This document shows, piece after piece, positions 61,294 to 64,000 of a DNA stretch of 64,000 bases. Origin of the DNA: Candidatus Limnocylindrales bacterium. Lineage in GTDB: Bacteria; Chloroflexota; Limnocylindria; Limnocylindrales; CSP1-4. The notes under the pieces are model-generated. The model did not search any database. It was given only the letters and a program-made list of their open reading frames with translations, and was not told the DNA's origin. The stretch covers positions 23,902 to 87,901 of the forward strand of contig DATGGQ010000011.1 of assembly GCA_035308445.1 (NCBI GenBank), in the 5' to 3' direction. Each line of letters begins with the position of its first letter. The stretch's first letter is position 1. The translations under genes were made by a program, and so were the position numbers.

Positions 61294-62079
61294 TCAGTTC
61301 GCGCCGCCGGTCGTCGGGTCGGGCCGAGCCCAGGCCACATGCGCGGCCGTGGTCAACGGTACGGTTGGTGCGGCTGCCGCGGCCGCGGGCACGGAATCGG
61401 TCGGCGTGTCGATGACGATCCGGCCGTCGAGCAGGTGGATCTGACGCCGGGCGAGGGCGGCAACCCGAGGATCATGGGTGACCACGATCACGGTCCGACC
61501 GAGCGCATTGAGCTGGCCGAACAACCGCAGGATCGCAGCCCCTGTCGCCGAATCGAGGCTGCCGGTCGGCTCGTCGGCGAGCAGGATCGCCGGGTCGGTG
61601 ACCAGCGCGCGAGCGATCGCGACGCGCTGCTGTTCACCGCCCGAGAGCTGGTTCGGCCGGTGGCCGGCGCGATCGGCCAGGCCGACCGCCTTCAGGGCGG
61701 CCAGGGCCTTCCTCCGACGCTGCGTATCGCCCCGATACGCCAGCGGCAGCGCGACGTTGTCGACCGCCGAGGTCCGGGCCAGCAGGTTCCACTGCTGGAA
61801 CACGAAGCCGACATAGCGATTGCGGACGCGGGCGAGCGCGTCGTCGCGGAGCTCCGACACATCGACGCCGGCGAGCACGTAGCGGCCATAGTCGGCAACG
61901 TCGAGGCAGCCGACGAGGTTCATCAGCGTGCTCTTGCCCGAGCCAGACGGGCCGACGATCGCGACGTACTCGCCTCTCTCGATCCTGACGTTGACCCCAC
62001 GAAGGGCGTACACGGCCGTGGCTCCACCGGCCCCCAGCGAGCCGTCCGCGCTTCCGTACCGCTTGACGATGTTCTCCAT
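61294..62079 (-). CDS. ABC transporter ATP-binding protein (MacB-type ATPase)
   Basis: Walker A GPSGSGKST, signature LSGGEQQRVAIARAL, Walker B LLADEPT. Start MENIVKRYG. Confidence 0.85.
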   Translation of the reverse strand: MENIVKRYGSADGSLGAGGATAVYALRGVNVRIERGEYVAIVGPSGSGKSTLMNLVGCLDVADYGRYVLAGVDVSELRDDALARVRNRYVGFVFQQWNLLARTSAVDNVALPLAYRGDTQRRRKALAALKAVGLADRAGHRPNQLSGGEQQRVAIARALVTDPAILLADEPTGSLDSATGAAILRLFGQLNALGRTVIVVTHDPRVAALARRQIHLLDGRIVIDTPTDSVPAAAAAAPTVPLTTAAHVAWARPDPTTGGAN

Positions 62080-62110
62080 CGAGACGAGTGGCGCCTGCGG
62101 CGCCGGAGGT

Positions 62111-63640
62111 TCAGCCACCACCGCCGAGCACCACGCCACCACCACCCGGGAAGAACCGGCCGTTGCCGCCGGTGCGATTCGTCGTGGAGTTCGATTGGAC
62201 CGATTCGACGACGGTCTCGCCGCCACTCAGGCCGGTGAGAATCTGCGTCTCCGATCCGTTGCTGATTCCGGTCGTCACCGGCACGTTCGTCTCGGTCTTG
62301 CCATCCGCGCTCAGGATCGTGACGACCTGCTGGCCTCCAACGGTCTTCACCGCGAGACTCGGCACCAGAACCGCGGAGTCTGCCCGGTCCGTGACGACGG
62401 CCGCTGTCGCGCTCATCCCCACGAGCAGGGCCGGATTCGACCCGGTGACGCACACGATGACCGCGAAGCTCGCGACGCCGGAGATCTGCGTGCCGACCTT
62501 GCTCAGCGAGCAGATCGACCCAACGACCGTATCGCTGCCGAGACCGGTGGCTGTGATCGTGGCCGCCTGGCCCATCTTCAGGGTCGAGATATCGGTCTCG
62601 GACGCTTCGCCGGCGATCTGAAGCTTCGTGAGGTCCATGACCTCGATCTGTCCGGTCGTGCTCGACGAGCTGGAGCTCGAGCTCGCACTGCTCGACGCAC
62701 TCACTGACTGGCCGACGGTCAGGTTCACGGCGGTCACCGTCCCCGCGATCGGGGAGGTGATCGTCGGACCCGTGTCCTGGAGATTCGTCACGGTCTCCTG
62801 GGCCTGCGCGACGGCCGCCTTGTCGGCGGCGATCTGAGCCGCGGTCGCAGGCGCGACCTTCTGGTCGTAGCTGTCCTTGGCGGACGTCAGGTTCAGGCTC
62901 GCCGAGGCCACCTGGTTCTCGGCCTGGTGGAGCGAGATCGTCGCGTTGAGCTCGGTCGCGCTCAGCGCCGTTGTCGCACTCGCGACCGCGGCCTGGTCCT
63001 TGGCGATCTGGGGGTCCCCCGCGGGGAGGGTGCTCTCGTCGGAGGCCAGGGTCGCCTTTGCGGCCGCAAGGACCGCCTTTGCCTGATCGATCGACTCGGT
63101 GTTCTTGGCCTCCGTGTCCGACAGCGACTGCCGAGCGGTGGTGAGCTGGAGCCTGGCTTGGCTCACCGAGTCCCTCGCGGACGCAATCGCGCTGGCCGTC
63201 GGCCCGGCGGCATCCGTCGACTCCTTGGCCTGAGCCGCGGTGAGATTCGCCTGAGCGGTCTCGAGTTGGACGTCATAGGCGGAAGGATCGACTGCGGCGA
63301 GGATCTCACCCTGGGTCACAGCGTCCCCGACGGCGACGTTCACGGCGGTCACCGTCCCGGTCGTGCCGAACGACAGCTCCTTGACGGTCGACGAGGCTAC
63401 GGTTCCGGAGATGCTGACGCTGCTGACGATGGTCCCGGTGGTCGCGGTGCCGGTCACGAGTCGCACGGTCGGACTCGAGAACGGATTGACGAACCAGACG
63501 ATCGCTGCGGCGATGGCGAGGAGCACGAGGAGGACGAGAAGCCATCGGAATCGTCGGAGCCGGCTTCGCGGGACCGCGATCTCTGCCTCTTCGAACTGGA
63601 GGTCGCCTGTCCAGCTCGGCGGCTCAGCTGCCTCGACCAT
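62111..63640 (-). CDS. HlyD-family periplasmic adaptor (membrane fusion protein, MacA-like)
   Basis: N-terminal TM anchor, biotinyl/lipoyl half-motifs, long coiled coil, beta-barrel domain, poly-Ser linker and Gly-rich tail. Confidence 0.8.
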   Translation of the reverse strand: MVEAAEPPSWTGDLQFEEAEIAVPRSRLRRFRWLLVLLVLLAIAAAIVWFVNPFSSPTVRLVTGTATTGTIVSSVSISGTVASSTVKELSFGTTGTVTAVNVAVGDAVTQGEILAAVDPSAYDVQLETAQANLTAAQAKESTDAAGPTASAIASARDSVSQARLQLTTARQSLSDTEAKNTESIDQAKAVLAAAKATLASDESTLPAGDPQIAKDQAAVASATTALSATELNATISLHQAENQVASASLNLTSAKDSYDQKVAPATAAQIAADKAAVAQAQETVTNLQDTGPTITSPIAGTVTAVNLTVGQSVSASSSASSSSSSSSTTGQIEVMDLTKLQIAGEASETDISTLKMGQAATITATGLGSDTVVGSICSLSKVGTQISGVASFAVIVCVTGSNPALLVGMSATAAVVTDRADSAVLVPSLAVKTVGGQQVVTILSADGKTETNVPVTTGISNGSETQILTGLSGGETVVESVQSNSTTNRTGGNGRFFPGGGGVVLGGGG

Positions 63641-63780
63641 GCTTGCTGCCTCGTTCTTCCCCGGCACTGCATCGCGCGGCGCTCGCCGCGACGGAGAGGA
63701 GCATGCGCCGCTCACATGAGAGAACGCTGACAAGGACGCCTGAGATCGGGCGTATCGTTGGGGAAGTGTCAGAGCGAGCC

Positions 63781-64000
63781 ATGCCGAAGTTCGAGAAGTC
63801 CTCGCCGGAACTCGTCGCCCGATTCAACGCGACGCTCGACGACGCGGCCGGGCCCGACGTCGTGCGGCGCCAGATGTTCGGCTACCCGTGCGCCTGGATC
63901 AACGGCAACATGGCGACCGGGCTCTTCGCCCAGGACTGGTGGGTGAACGTCGCCGACCCCGATCGGGAGTCGCTCCTCGGGATGCCGGGCGGCCACCAGT
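63781..64000 (+). CDS. TfoX/Sxy N-terminal-domain family protein (partial, runs off window end)
   Basis: MPKFEKSSPELVARFNATLDD...RQMFGYPCAWINGNMATGLF resembles the TfoX_N domain. No stop within window, so absent from the ORF track. Confidence 0.45.
   Translation, partial: MPKFEKSSPELVARFNATLDDAAGPDVVRRQMFGYPCAWINGNMATGLFAQDWWVNVADPDRESLLGMPGGHQ

Overview
High-GC (~70%+) bacterial chromosomal segment, gene content typical of Actinomycetota (opcA-containing oxidative pentose phosphate operon, AfsR/SARP-type regulator, ATGA/GTGA start-stop overlaps). I see no rRNA, CRISPR, IS or prophage signatures. Most long ORFs in the six-frame track are antisense or alternate-frame artefacts of the GC bias; the real genes were picked by recognisable conserved sequence. 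From start to end the window holds: a LysM membrane protein (partial), rho, tal, pyrG, a nitroreductase interrupted by an in-frame TGA, a DMT transporter, an ABC-2 exporter operon with a small internally duplicated protein, a VOC protein, psuG-psuK, a tkt-rpiB-pgi-gnd-zwf-opcA-pgl operon, an alpha/beta hydrolase, two tandem zinc-ribbon paralogs, citrate synthase, MFS transporters, a Rieske protein, a P-loop kinase plus an acidic small ORF, a TPM/DUF2207 protein, a membrane-anchored SbcC/SbcD (YhaN/YhaO-like) pair and a zf-trcl protein. The most coherent block is a selenium/formate-dehydrogenase locus at 37.8-53.8 kb: mobA, selB, selA, tRNA-Sec and selD, then a Sec(UGA)-containing FdhA fragment with a SECIS-like hairpin. 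A SnoaL-like gene, a SARP-family regulator and an SRPBCC gene follow, then the fdsGB fusion, a separate FdhA N-terminal Fe-S gene, fdhD and a DUF2277 gene. The FDH catalytic subunit appears split into two genes 6.5 kb apart. Further downstream lie an orphan PAS histidine kinase, tryptophanase, an RlpA-like protein, an AlkA-like glycosylase, a MacAB-type tripartite ABC efflux operon and a partial TfoX-like gene. Gene starts are approximate (GTG/TTG starts are common); functions are inferred from motifs I recognise, not from searches.
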